The translations under genes were made by a program, and so were the position numbers. The notes below the pieces were generated by a model. That model ran no database searches, was not told the origin of the DNA, and saw only the letters and a program-made list of their open reading frames with translations. This document shows positions 38,465 to 48,307 of a DNA stretch of 63,141 bases, in pieces. The DNA is from Nitrospirota bacterium (GTDB lineage Bacteria > Nitrospirota > UBA9217). Position 1 is the stretch's first letter, and each line of letters starts with the position of its first letter. The DNA lies in assembly GCA_963751455.1 (NCBI GenBank), contig CAVVUN010000014.1:1-63141 (forward strand). Direction: 5' to 3'.

Positions 38465-39343
38465 CTATTTCAGCGGCAGGCCAATCATCAGTTTTGCCAG
38501 TTCCGGGAATGTGACTACGGGAAACCAGCCAAGCCTGTTGATTGTTGCCGGGTCTGAAACCAGCCGTTTATATTCGGCCTTAAAGCCCTCGCGCATCCGG
38601 ACATGGTCGCGCCAATTCCTCCCGATAAGGCCAAAGCACTGTTCAAGCCATTCTTCAATTGAATATACTATGCCTGAGCCTATAACCGCCTCGAAAATAT
38701 CGTCCTGCTCCACGAGCGTAAAAATGCCTTTTGCTATGTCGCCTGCAAAGGTCCACTCTTTTCGAACCGAGATATCGCCAAGCTCAATCTTTTCTGTTCT
38801 TGCATCCGCTATTCGTTGGACGGCGAGTGCTATCATTTTGCTGACATGATTTGGTTTTCGGTACGGGCTCTCATGGTGAAATAGATAGCCAACATAGGTC
38901 CGTAAGCCGAGTGAACGGAAATATCGCGCCGCGTAAACAGAATGAATACGCGATACGGAATAAGGACTGCTGGCGTCAAATTCATCATGTTCCGATATCG
39001 GATTGCCGTTGTTTTTAAATTGGACCCCGCTTCCCGTTATGAACACTTTTGAAGAGGGGGAATGCTTTTTTACGGCTTCAAGAATGTTCAGGGTACCGGT
39101 CGAAATCGTTTCATGATTTTCGAACAGAGCATCATGCCTTGTTGTAGAATTTGCGGCGAGATGAAAAACATGCAATGGTTTGTGTTCTTTGACAAGGCTC
39201 TCTACCAATTTGTAGTCCGCGATGTCGCCCTTCAGCCAGCTGCTTGAACGTGACACTCCTATGGGTTCTATCCGTTTGAGTTTGCATTCCTGGGCCAGAT
39301 AAAGTCCGTCCTGGCCGTTTGCGCCGAAAATGAGGGCTTTCAT
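38465..39343 (-). CDS. Gmd/Rmd-like extended SDR (probable NDP-sugar reductase)
   Basis: GANGQDG, LFHHESP; active site SPYSVSR; lacks the SSE of dehydratases. Confidence 0.7.
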   Translation of the reverse strand: MKALIFGANGQDGLYLAQECKLKRIEPIGVSRSSSWLKGDIADYKLVESLVKEHKPLHVFHLAANSTTRHDALFENHETISTGTLNILEAVKKHSPSSKVFITGSGVQFKNNGNPISEHDEFDASSPYSVSRIHSVYAARYFRSLGLRTYVGYLFHHESPYRKPNHVSKMIALAVQRIADARTEKIELGDISVRKEWTFAGDIAKGIFTLVEQDDIFEAVIGSGIVYSIEEWLEQCFGLIGRNWRDHVRMREGFKAEYKRLVSDPATINRLGWFPVVTFPELAKLMIGLPLK

Positions 39344-41088
39344 GGTTTGATCTTCTTTTTAAAAACGAGTGTGGCAAAAGTATACCTGCAACCTGCATAC
39401 GCAAAATCGGGATTCGGGCATTCCCACTGTGGCATATCAATCAGAGAACAATTTTTTAAAATCGGAAGTAATCTGTGTTTAAAGTCTTTTTGGGTATACA
39501 GCCGAAAATCCTCATGGGGAATCGGATCGCCGGATGTGTAGCTATCGTTAAAATCGACCGTGAGAATCGCGAACCCGCCGGGAGCGAGTAACTGCCCCAC
39601 CTGCGTTATGAACAGCTCGTCATCCCGCACATGCTCAAGAACGGACGTGGAAAAAATTATGTCATAACTCTCTTTCACGGTTGAGGGCCGTGAATAAAAC
39701 GTATTGAGGTCATAATTGAAAACAGGATCAACTTCATCCATCCGGAAACCTGATTCTTTTAATGCGGTGGCAGCCGTATCGTCGTAGCTGCCTACGCAGA
39801 GCATTTTGGGTGACGTGAACCGGGAAGCAAATTTATGGACCGTATCGAGCATAAAAGCTTGCTGAATATTCGCTTCCGGTATCTTTCTGGCGATCATGTC
39901 AGGCAGGAGTTCAAAGAGTTGCGTGATGACGGGCTGGTACTGCTCCCGTGCACGGTTATCCAGGATCCGGTTGAATGAGGTGACCCCGGGAAGAGGATTA
40001 AAGACCCAGTTGCCACTCCTCCCTGGCAGTACGTCGTTTTTATCTATGGTCGTCGGGATCCAGAAGTCCCTCAGGGTTTTCGACCCGATCCGGAATACAC
40101 TCTTTGCCTTATTGAGGAGGGCACGGGAAAATCGAGCCTGCTTCGTGCCGAGCATGGTTGAAACCGCACGCTCATAATCCCATATGAGATTTTCCTCGCT
40201 CCATTCCCTGGAGTACTGCTCCAGGGGAGCGCAACCGTTCTTCATTATGGTTTTCAAATTCGTGTCTTCAATGCAAATTGCCGGATAAGCGGACAGGACA
40301 TGCCGGAACATTCTGCTTTTGGTAACCGCGATCGGCCGTTGGACGGCAAGCGCAAGATCGATGACGCTCGAGATTCCTCGGCCTTTATTTTCCTCGTAAA
40401 AAAAGGCATTCAGCGAATTTCCGGACAGGAAATCGAGCAGCTGTTCCTGGGTGAGAAAGTCGTGACTGAGCCGCAGTTCGATCCCTGGCTTGACGATGAG
40501 CTCTTTGCATCGCCCGGCGATCTCCCGTGCTTCCCTGCCGTCCCGATCGCCAAACGCGGCAAAGGGAATATGGAGTTTTATGATTGCCTGCTCGAATTCA
40601 TCCTGTACGGTCGAGATGAGCTTCTCAAAACCCTTGCCTGCTGTTCCAAAGCCAAAGCTGCCGATAGTCGGGATGTCGGGATCCATATAGCGATAGATGT
40701 ATTTCGGCACCAGTCTGCCAGTTTTGAACACGAGAGGGTTCCGGAGCAGCAGCGTCGGATCCGGGGCGATATGACCGTGAAAAAAGGAGTTATCCGCCGT
40801 ATCGGCAACGCCCTGGGTTATTTCGTGAATTATGCCAAGGTGGAGGGCGTTGATGCTCCGGAGGATCCTTCTTTTAAGCCAGGGGAGCGTTGAAGGGTAA
40901 TAATTATAAATAATCGCAGCCGGTTTGGCATCCCGCACAGCGTGCATTAATTCGTCGGGGCCCGAGCATTCGGCATAGATGAAGTTGTATTTTTCCGATT
41001 TTTTCAGAGCACGGGCAATGTTGAGGCCGAATTGGTAAACTCCGCAACGGCGCTCCCGGTGCGATATAAAAAGAACGTTCGGTTTCAT
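39340..41088 (-). CDS. Fusion of a GT-B-like domain and a class I SAM methyltransferase
   Basis: N-terminal CGVYQF...FGFG..GKGFE...SSVIDLALA; C-terminal LCVGS, YDIIFSTSVLEHV, LAPGG. Confidence 0.6.
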   Translation of the reverse strand: MKPNVLFISHRERRCGVYQFGLNIARALKKSEKYNFIYAECSGPDELMHAVRDAKPAAIIYNYYPSTLPWLKRRILRSINALHLGIIHEITQGVADTADNSFFHGHIAPDPTLLLRNPLVFKTGRLVPKYIYRYMDPDIPTIGSFGFGTAGKGFEKLISTVQDEFEQAIIKLHIPFAAFGDRDGREAREIAGRCKELIVKPGIELRLSHDFLTQEQLLDFLSGNSLNAFFYEENKGRGISSVIDLALAVQRPIAVTKSRMFRHVLSAYPAICIEDTNLKTIMKNGCAPLEQYSREWSEENLIWDYERAVSTMLGTKQARFSRALLNKAKSVFRIGSKTLRDFWIPTTIDKNDVLPGRSGNWVFNPLPGVTSFNRILDNRAREQYQPVITQLFELLPDMIARKIPEANIQQAFMLDTVHKFASRFTSPKMLCVGSYDDTAATALKESGFRMDEVDPVFNYDLNTFYSRPSTVKESYDIIFSTSVLEHVRDDELFITQVGQLLAPGGFAILTVDFNDSYTSGDPIPHEDFRLYTQKDFKHRLLPILKNCSLIDMPQWECPNPDFAYAGCRYTFATLVFKKKIKP

Positions 41089-41109
41089 GAATTTTGTCCT
41101 GTTGCCGGT

Positions 41110-42369
41110 TTATTTTTTTACGATCTCGATCGTAGGAAGCGGAAAAATTAGACCGATCCCTTTGTCCAGAGTCGCTTTTTCACGCTCGACAAATTCCTCC
41201 TTGAAGTGCCATGGTAAAACGAGGTAATAGTCAGGATTCATTGCGCGTGATTCGGCCTCGCTGATGATCGGAATATCCGTCCCGAGCGTACGCGCGCCGT
41301 ATTTATCGGGATTTCGTTCCGCGGCAAACTCTATAATCCGGTTGTCGATGCCGCACCACTGCAGGATCGTGTTTCCTTTTGTAGAGGCGCCGTATATATG
41401 AATCTTTTTCTTCTCTTTTTTGAGTTTCTTGAGCAGGGAATTGAGCTCGTCTTTATGAACATTGACGCGGTCCTGGAAGTTTTTATATGGCTTGTCGGTA
41501 TCCAGTTCCAGGTCGAATTCCTCCTGATGGAGCGCTTTTATGTTTTGAATGAATTCCTCTTTTTTGTATGCGAAGTTTTCCGTATTCGTTGCAAAGCAGC
41601 GGATGCTCCCTCCGTTAATCGAATTGAGTGAAACATTGAAGATCTTCATCCCGGCCTGTTTCAGGATGTGCTCAATCACGGCAAGGCTGTAATATTCAAG
41701 ATGCTCATGGCAAATCGTGTCGTAAGAAGTCATCTTGAGCATAGTCGGCATGTACGACATTTCAAAAATCCAGATGCCATCCGGGGCAAGGACGCTTTTT
41801 ATGCCCCTGGTGAATTCAATTGGGTATTCGAGATCATAAAACATGGCGATCGATGTCACGACGTCGAACTTGTTGCCCTGCAGGCGGCTCGTCAGTTCAT
41901 TCGAAGGGAAAATATCCTGCACGACCGTAATGTCTCCCTTGATCTCCTGGGCGACATCGGAAGGGTCTACCCCGTACTTTTTAAAATTATCCGGATAATA
42001 ACCGAGCAAAGTGCCGTCATTACATCCGATGTCAAGAACCCGGGCAACCGGCTTGTTCAATATGGAAGTGGCTTCTTCGGCAATCCCTTGCAAATGCCGC
42101 CGCATAGTATTGTTCGTTCCTGACCGGTACCAGTATGCAGAATACAGAACTTCCGGCGGGACCGTATGCTCCATCTGGAGCAGACCGCACGCCGCCTCGT
42201 CTCTGGTCGGGTCGCAACGGACCAGGGAAGCGGGGATTTTCCGCAACGGCGGCAGCTCTTTGCCCGGCTTTACAAATGATCCCTGTAAATACTGCTCTCC
42301 CAAATCGATAACCTTCGTAAGAGCGCTTGAGCCGCATACACGGCACGTTTTCCTATGGATGAGATGCAT
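41110..42369 (-). CDS. NDP-hexose C-methyltransferase (zinc-binding, SAM-dependent)
   Basis: CRVC zinc site, YWYRSG, DIGCNDG, ICHEHLEYY, NGGSIR, YGASTKGN, PWHF. Confidence 0.85.
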   Translation of the reverse strand: MHLIHRKTCRVCGSSALTKVIDLGEQYLQGSFVKPGKELPPLRKIPASLVRCDPTRDEAACGLLQMEHTVPPEVLYSAYWYRSGTNNTMRRHLQGIAEEATSILNKPVARVLDIGCNDGTLLGYYPDNFKKYGVDPSDVAQEIKGDITVVQDIFPSNELTSRLQGNKFDVVTSIAMFYDLEYPIEFTRGIKSVLAPDGIWIFEMSYMPTMLKMTSYDTICHEHLEYYSLAVIEHILKQAGMKIFNVSLNSINGGSIRCFATNTENFAYKKEEFIQNIKALHQEEFDLELDTDKPYKNFQDRVNVHKDELNSLLKKLKKEKKKIHIYGASTKGNTILQWCGIDNRIIEFAAERNPDKYGARTLGTDIPIISEAESRAMNPDYYLVLPWHFKEEFVEREKATLDKGIGLIFPLPTIEIVKK

Positions 42370-42505
42370 GGATATCCTCCAAAAATTTGGTTCTATGATT
42401 GTATGAGACGCTGTCAGCTTTTACTGTTGTCAATTTATAGCATAATGTTCCCAGTGTCAGCCCTCAATATCTTCCGTCAGCCGCATAGATTTTCAAATCC
42501 GGGCA

Positions 42506-44014
42506 TTAGATGAACTTCACCTTCGCAAATTGTATAAGCAGCCATGTTCTTATGTGCGGCGCAATGAAAGCCGCAGACAGGAATGATGAGAGCAATATAC
42601 CGGAGAGGGTCACTATCGTTTTAAAGGGATCCATCGGCCCTGTAATTATAGAACGAGCGACACCTGTCACTAGAAGTACTACGGCTAAAGGAGGTGCAAC
42701 ATCCTTAACGAACCAACTCCACATCTCGCCCCTCAGCAAACGCTGATGAGTAAATGGGAGCCCGATCAGCATATATATACCGTTTAGCAGGATCCATACC
42801 GAAGCCGCTCCAATGGGGCCATAATGGGTAGCCATAAAATAAATTGCAGGTACAAGCGCGACAATCAGAAACAGGTTTATTCGTAGGCCGATGCTGGTCC
42901 AGCCGTGGGACAATTGCAGGGCATACGGGAGCGTCATGAGAGCGTTTAAGGCCATACCGACGACGAGAACACTGATGATCGGCGCGGTCACTTCTGCTGT
43001 TTTTGCAGTTCTCAGCAATAGAAAGACGATATCGAACGAGAAAAACGCCATTAAAGATGCAACCGGTAAAACAAGCACAGCCATAAACTGTGTGCTCTGA
43101 TGGTATAAAAGCTTAATTCCCACTTCATCGTTAAGAGCGACAAGCGAGGTCAGTTTAGGGAAAATTGCGGTGAATACAGGACCTACGAGCAGGAACGGAA
43201 TGATGCCGCTGACGGAGCCGGCAAGCGTATAATACCCGAACATATCCAACGTAAGAAGTTTGCTAAGAAGCATTTTATCCAATTGCATTAAAATAACGGC
43301 TGACAGGGATATGCCGCTCATTCCTGCCGCAAATCTCCAAATATTCCGGATAACACCAATGTTGAAACGGGTTGCATGATTCGAGGAAGGCAGATTGCGC
43401 CAAAGCATTAGCGCAAATAACATGACATACAGGCCATTCACAACAATTTGCCATGCGAAAAACGCCGTAATTGTGGCGGACACCTTCCAAAGGATGAATG
43501 CAGCTCCACATGCGCTGAACGTGGCCATCCCTATTTTAACGGCGTTTGCCTGCACTTGCTTCTGGAGGCCCATCAGTCCTCCTTCATAAAGGCTGAGCGG
43601 CCATTGCACGGCAGCCATGAGACCCATTGTTATCACCGCCTGTTTGACCGTATCAGTCGGAATCGATACGCTCTTGATCCATTGGTTCGCAATAAACGGA
43701 GAAGCAATCAGCACTCCGACACCTATTACCGCTCCTATTGCCCAGTATCCAATTTCGAGAGTACGGACAAATTCCCGGGCTTCGCCAGCTTTTTCCGGTA
43801 AAACAGAATATCGAGCCAGTTGACGATTCATTGTCTGGCTTAAACCTAAATCGAGTATCCCAAAGGAAGCCTGGAGCATAGCATAAAAACCGATCAGTCC
43901 GTACGCCTCGATTCCAAGGAACCTGATATACACCGGAACAAACGCGAGCGACATGAGGGCTGCCCAGCCGTTACCGGCAAAATTTGCAACAATGTTAAGC
44001 TTAAGACGATCCAT
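42506..44014 (-). CDS. wzx: Wzx-type oligosaccharide flippase
   Basis: LKLNIVANFAG, LGIEAYG, DLGL, QLDK.LLS, GYYTLA; about 12-14 TM helices. Confidence 0.82.
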   Translation of the reverse strand: MDRLKLNIVANFAGNGWAALMSLAFVPVYIRFLGIEAYGLIGFYAMLQASFGILDLGLSQTMNRQLARYSVLPEKAGEAREFVRTLEIGYWAIGAVIGVGVLIASPFIANQWIKSVSIPTDTVKQAVITMGLMAAVQWPLSLYEGGLMGLQKQVQANAVKIGMATFSACGAAFILWKVSATITAFFAWQIVVNGLYVMLFALMLWRNLPSSNHATRFNIGVIRNIWRFAAGMSGISLSAVILMQLDKMLLSKLLTLDMFGYYTLAGSVSGIIPFLLVGPVFTAIFPKLTSLVALNDEVGIKLLYHQSTQFMAVLVLPVASLMAFFSFDIVFLLLRTAKTAEVTAPIISVLVVGMALNALMTLPYALQLSHGWTSIGLRINLFLIVALVPAIYFMATHYGPIGAASVWILLNGIYMLIGLPFTHQRLLRGEMWSWFVKDVAPPLAVVLLVTGVARSIITGPMDPFKTIVTLSGILLSSFLSAAFIAPHIRTWLLIQFAKVKFI

Positions 44015-44397
44015 TTCTTGACCTATCATCCGGAGACAATCTACGGGAAAATGGACTTCTTCGGGATGCACTTCTTCCGAAGATGAAAAAAACTACTTCA
44101 TACTTGCCAGTTTATTCTCTCAATTCCAAACATCGTTCACAATTGTCTGCAAATCATTATATTGCGGCAACCCGGCTGAGCACATCCGGGATCCGTTCCG
44201 CTTTCGGCTTGAAGGGCTGCTTCTCGATATGCTCGGCAAAAATACCGCCGCAATTTCTTTCAATATAATCGATAAAATACCTCAGATGACGTACATATTG
44301 TCATCATATTATGAAAGCCGATAAAGAAAAGCTTCATGATTCAAGCTCTCTCAATGAAACAGCCGCCCCAGGCATCCCTGCATTATCGCCGGCAAGA

Positions 44398-45495
44398 TCA
44401 TCTGAATTCATTAATAACCTCGATCACCTTTCGGACATCGTCATTGCTCATTTGCGGATGACACGGAATGGAGAGACACTTGGTTGCATGGAGCTCGGCG
44501 TTCTTTAATCCATACGGGTGGCGCCTTACTCCCAGACATGGTTTCTGTAAATGTATCGGAATGGGGTAGTGGCTGAGGCTGGACACTCCTCGCTTGGCCA
44601 AATGCGCTGTAAGACGTTCTCTCTCAGTGCAACGGATTACATAGAGGTGATATACATGGTTGACTTTTTCCACAGGGTTTGCCATGGTTTGAACAAGGGC
44701 ATTATCTATTCCGTCGTTATATGCCGAGGCTATCTCCCTTCGCCTTGCAGTAAAGAGATCCTGCCATCCAAGCCGAACAGATAAGATTGCTGCATGGAGT
44801 TCATCTAAACGACTGTTCATGCCCAATTCCGGGTGATGGTATCGCTGCGATTGGCCGTAATTCCGCAGAATGCCTGCCTTCTCGGCGATCTCCTTACTTG
44901 CGGTAACAATCGCGCCGCCGTCGCCGATTGTCCCAAGATTTTTAGTAGGATAAAAGCTGAAGGCTCCCCATGTTCCGAACGTTCCGGCAATCTTACCCTG
45001 CCACACAGCAGCGTGTGATTGAGCGCAATCTTCCAAAAGATAAATGCCAGCCCGATTGCACAGCGCTGTCCACTTTTCCATATCGCGCACCTGACCATAC
45101 AAATGCACGAGAAGAACCGCCTTGGTCCGCGGCGAGATGCACCGGCTGACACTGTCCGGGTCAAGAAGCGCTGTTTGCGGATTGATGTCGGCCAGAAAGG
45201 GCTCAGCGCCTGCACGCATGATTGCGAGTACGGTTGCAAAGGCGGTCATGGGCGTGGTAATGACTTCATCCCCGTGGCCGATGCCGAGCGCTCGCAAACC
45301 GATCTCTATAGCGTCCATACCGTTGCCGACGCCGACCGCGAAGCTGGTTCCACACCGGGCGGACCAGCGCGACTCAAAACTCTTGACCTCATTGCCGAGA
45401 ATGTACCACCCGGAGCGTAATACCCTCTCAATAGCAGCCAATTCCTGCCTGATAAGCTTTTCAGGTTCCGCCCTAAAATCGTGCATCTGGATCAT
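44398..45495 (-). CDS. DegT/DnrJ/EryC1/StrS sugar aminotransferase
   Basis: SGWYILG, VHLYG, EDCAQSH, SFYPTKNLG (PLP Lys), NSRLDE. Confidence 0.9.
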   Translation of the reverse strand: MIQMHDFRAEPEKLIRQELAAIERVLRSGWYILGNEVKSFESRWSARCGTSFAVGVGNGMDAIEIGLRALGIGHGDEVITTPMTAFATVLAIMRAGAEPFLADINPQTALLDPDSVSRCISPRTKAVLLVHLYGQVRDMEKWTALCNRAGIYLLEDCAQSHAAVWQGKIAGTFGTWGAFSFYPTKNLGTIGDGGAIVTASKEIAEKAGILRNYGQSQRYHHPELGMNSRLDELHAAILSVRLGWQDLFTARRREIASAYNDGIDNALVQTMANPVEKVNHVYHLYVIRCTERERLTAHLAKRGVSSLSHYPIPIHLQKPCLGVRRHPYGLKNAELHATKCLSIPCHPQMSNDDVRKVIEVINEFR

Positions 45496-46496
45496 CAGAC
45501 CTGTTCCCAATAATGCTTACCATGGAGAGAATAATATTCGAGGGATTTACGAAGGCCTTCCCTCAGAGAAATCCGGGGCATCCACCCCAGACTTTTCTTT
45601 ATCTTGGAAAAATCGCTATAGTAATCGCCAATATCTATTGCTTTTCGCTCTGGGGGAAAGGGGACCATGTCATAGGACCCGCTTCCGTATATCTCAACCA
45701 TTATACCGGCCAGATCCTTGAGGTTAATGTATTCTGCGCTTCCCAGATTGTAAACTTCGCCTTCCGCCTTTGGATTCAACGCCGCTAATAAAAAAGCTTC
45801 TATCACATCATCGACATAATTGAAGTCACGCAGCTGAAGGCCATCGCCAAAGACCTGCACCGGCTGTCCCGCAATAAGGTTGCGAATCCATATGCCGAGA
45901 AATGTCTGACGTGTATCCTTTACCCTCATTCCCGGTCCATACGTGTTGATTAGCCGCAAGGCGCAGGCGCGAATACGGTACACATTGTTATACAGCAAAT
46001 GATACCATTCTCCGGCCAGCTTGTTGATCCCGTTGACATCCACGGGTTTTATAGGATGTTTTTCATCAACGGGCAGGTACTCGGGTTTGCCGTACAACTG
46101 ACGGGTACTGGCAAATACGATTTTTATACGGGTATTGCGTTTGCGGCATGCTTCAAGAATGGACAACTGGGCCGACGCATTGATATCAAGGTCCGTCTGC
46201 GGATCAGTCATGGAATCGATATGGCTGGTTTGGCCTGCAAGATTGAAGAGATAATCCTGACCTTGGATGAGATACTCCATAGCATGTGGATCGCGCACGT
46301 CGGTTATATTGATTTTCAGCCGGTCCCTTATGTCGTGAATGTTGAACACGTTGCCGCCATATTGGGAAATCAGACTGTCCACCAGCGTAACAGCGGCGCC
46401 CTCAGCCAAAAGCCGACGCGCCAGCGATGAACCGATAAAACCCAGGCCGCCTGTGATCAACACCTTTTTACCGGAAAAATCTGTTGGAGAACTCAT
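45495..46496 (-). CDS. NAD-dependent epimerase/dehydratase
   Basis: GGLGFIGS, NLAGQTSH, ASTRQLYG, RDFNYVDD. Confidence 0.85.
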   Translation of the reverse strand: MSSPTDFSGKKVLITGGLGFIGSSLARRLLAEGAAVTLVDSLISQYGGNVFNIHDIRDRLKINITDVRDPHAMEYLIQGQDYLFNLAGQTSHIDSMTDPQTDLDINASAQLSILEACRKRNTRIKIVFASTRQLYGKPEYLPVDEKHPIKPVDVNGINKLAGEWYHLLYNNVYRIRACALRLINTYGPGMRVKDTRQTFLGIWIRNLIAGQPVQVFGDGLQLRDFNYVDDVIEAFLLAALNPKAEGEVYNLGSAEYINLKDLAGIMVEIYGSGSYDMVPFPPERKAIDIGDYYSDFSKIKKSLGWMPRISLREGLRKSLEYYSLHGKHYWEQV

Positions 46497-46528
46497 ACTG
46501 CGCTCATTTGTAATGATTTTGTCATAAC

Positions 46529-47539
46529 CTATTTGGTACCACCGAGTTTTTGTTCCCAGTTCCAGGCATCATTCACTATTGTCCGCAAATCATTATATTG
46601 CGGTGACCAACCAAGCACATCCCGGATGCGTCCGGCTTTCGCGATCAGCACGGGAGGATCTCCCGGTCTTCTCACTGTTTCTTCTACTGGAAAATTGACG
46701 CCGGTAACTTCCCGCGCCGTTTCGATGACTTCCTTTACGCTTGATCCTTTGCCGTAGCCGACATTAACGGCTGTTGATTCTCCGTCCGTGTCAAGGTAAC
46801 GGAGCGCAGCAAGGTGCGCATCGGCAAGGTCTTCCACATGTATATAATCGCGAATGCCCGTGCCATCCGGGGTAGGGTAATCAGTTCCGAAGATGGACAC
46901 TTCTTTACGAAGTCCCAACGCCGCCTGGCAGCACACCTTGATCAGGTGGGTAGCCTCCGGGGTTCTTTGTCCCATGCGGGCCTCCCGGTCCGCGCCCGCC
47001 ACGTTGAAGTACCTGAGGGCAACATAACGAAGACCGTGGGCCCGGGCCACGTCCCTCAATATCCATTCACTCATCAACTTCGCAGTGCCGTAGGGATTTA
47101 TCGGCATGGTCGGGCTGTCCTCACCGGCAGTTCCATTCTGGGGTATACCATACACGGCCGCGGTGCTCGAGAAGATGAATTGCTCGACCCCGAAGCGAAT
47201 GCACGCGGAGAGGAGATTCATTGTGTTCGCGGTATTGTTCATGTAGTATTTAAGCGGCTGGTCGACCGATTCAGGCGCTATAATCGATGCTGCAAAGTGG
47301 AGGACGGTCTTCACGTCGTTACGCTGAACTGTCTCATCGATCGCTTTCCGGTCGGCAAGGTCGCCGATTATCAATTTTTCTCCATGTATCAGCGCGTCCG
47401 CAAAGCCGGTCGACAGGTTATCGAAAACGATTACCCGGCGACCGGACTCGCTCAGTTGCCTTACCACATGGCTGCCTATGTAGCCTGCTCCGCCCGTTAC
47501 CAGAACAGGGCTCGTATCCGTTCTATGCAGTCCCGTCAT
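46529..47539 (-). CDS. galE: UDP-glucose 4-epimerase
   Basis: GGAGYIGSH, FSSTAAVYG, NPYGTAK, LRYFNVAGA, DGTGIRDYIHV. Confidence 0.93.
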   Translation of the reverse strand: MTGLHRTDTSPVLVTGGAGYIGSHVVRQLSESGRRVIVFDNLSTGFADALIHGEKLIIGDLADRKAIDETVQRNDVKTVLHFAASIIAPESVDQPLKYYMNNTANTMNLLSACIRFGVEQFIFSSTAAVYGIPQNGTAGEDSPTMPINPYGTAKLMSEWILRDVARAHGLRYVALRYFNVAGADREARMGQRTPEATHLIKVCCQAALGLRKEVSIFGTDYPTPDGTGIRDYIHVEDLADAHLAALRYLDTDGESTAVNVGYGKGSSVKEVIETAREVTGVNFPVEETVRRPGDPPVLIAKAGRIRDVLGWSPQYNDLRTIVNDAWNWEQKLGGTK

Positions 47540-47558
47540 ATCTATCGATTCCTCATGC

Positions 47559-48167
47559 TCAGTTGACCCACATCCGGACCGACGACTCCGGAACGCCGAG
47601 CTCCATCAGCTTTTTAAAGACCTGGCTTCGTTTAAGATAGGAGGTCACCAGAATAATGTCGCATCCCATGTCCAGAACGGACTCGATCGGCTTTATTGTC
47701 TTGCCGAAGAAGTCGTGGCCGGCCATGTCGTCGTCGATAATTGCCACCAGTTCCATCCGCGTTTCCTGCAGCGTCAGGTAGGCAATCTCCGCCACTTCAT
47801 CAGCGCCGGCAAAGACGATCCGTTGAACGCCGTTTTTCTGCATGTCATGAAACAGCTGCTTCAGATTTTTTCGGGCCTCACGATAGATTCTCGTATAGTC
47901 GTGAAGAAGATCGTAGGTAAGCCTTGTTTTTTCTGCAAAGCCCTTTGGAGTGAGATAGTACGCGTATCGCTTCGTAGGAATCGCTTTAACGGTTATGTAG
48001 CCTTTAGCAATCAGGTTTTTTATGTAGGAATTCACAAGTCCCAGCGCAATTCCAAGACGACTGCTGAGGTCGCGCTGCGTTAACGAGTCATTGTTCGAGA
48101 GCTCATCCAGTATCTGGAGCGACCGGTAATGTTCGGTGCCGCCAGGAGATTGCCGTTCCATGTTCAT
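47559..48167 (-). CDS. MarR-like winged-helix regulator of the polysaccharide-locus type with a C-terminal Rossmann-like domain
   Basis: LTQRDLSSRLGIALGLVNSYIK, YYLTPKGFAEK; first gene of the glycan cluster. Confidence 0.82.
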   Translation of the reverse strand: MNMERQSPGGTEHYRSLQILDELSNNDSLTQRDLSSRLGIALGLVNSYIKNLIAKGYITVKAIPTKRYAYYLTPKGFAEKTRLTYDLLHDYTRIYREARKNLKQLFHDMQKNGVQRIVFAGADEVAEIAYLTLQETRMELVAIIDDDMAGHDFFGKTIKPIESVLDMGCDIILVTSYLKRSQVFKKLMELGVPESSVRMWVN

Positions 48168-48203
48168 AAAGTGAACATACCATGAAAGCTTTTGCCAAGT
48201 CAA
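48160..48203 (-). promoter_or_regulatory. Sigma70 promoter with overlapping palindromic operator
   Basis: Minus strand TTGACT-18 bp-TATGTT (TG-extended), 6 nt before ATG 48167; ATGTTCA-N5-TGAACAT at 48160-48178. Confidence 0.65.
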
Positions 48204-48307
48204 CAATAATTTTATGAAATTCTTTACACACTGCAGGTAAGGTGTTATCATTTGCTAATACAAAAGGGCACGCAAGAGCAACTGCAGTTTTCCCGTGAGG
48301 TAAATGA

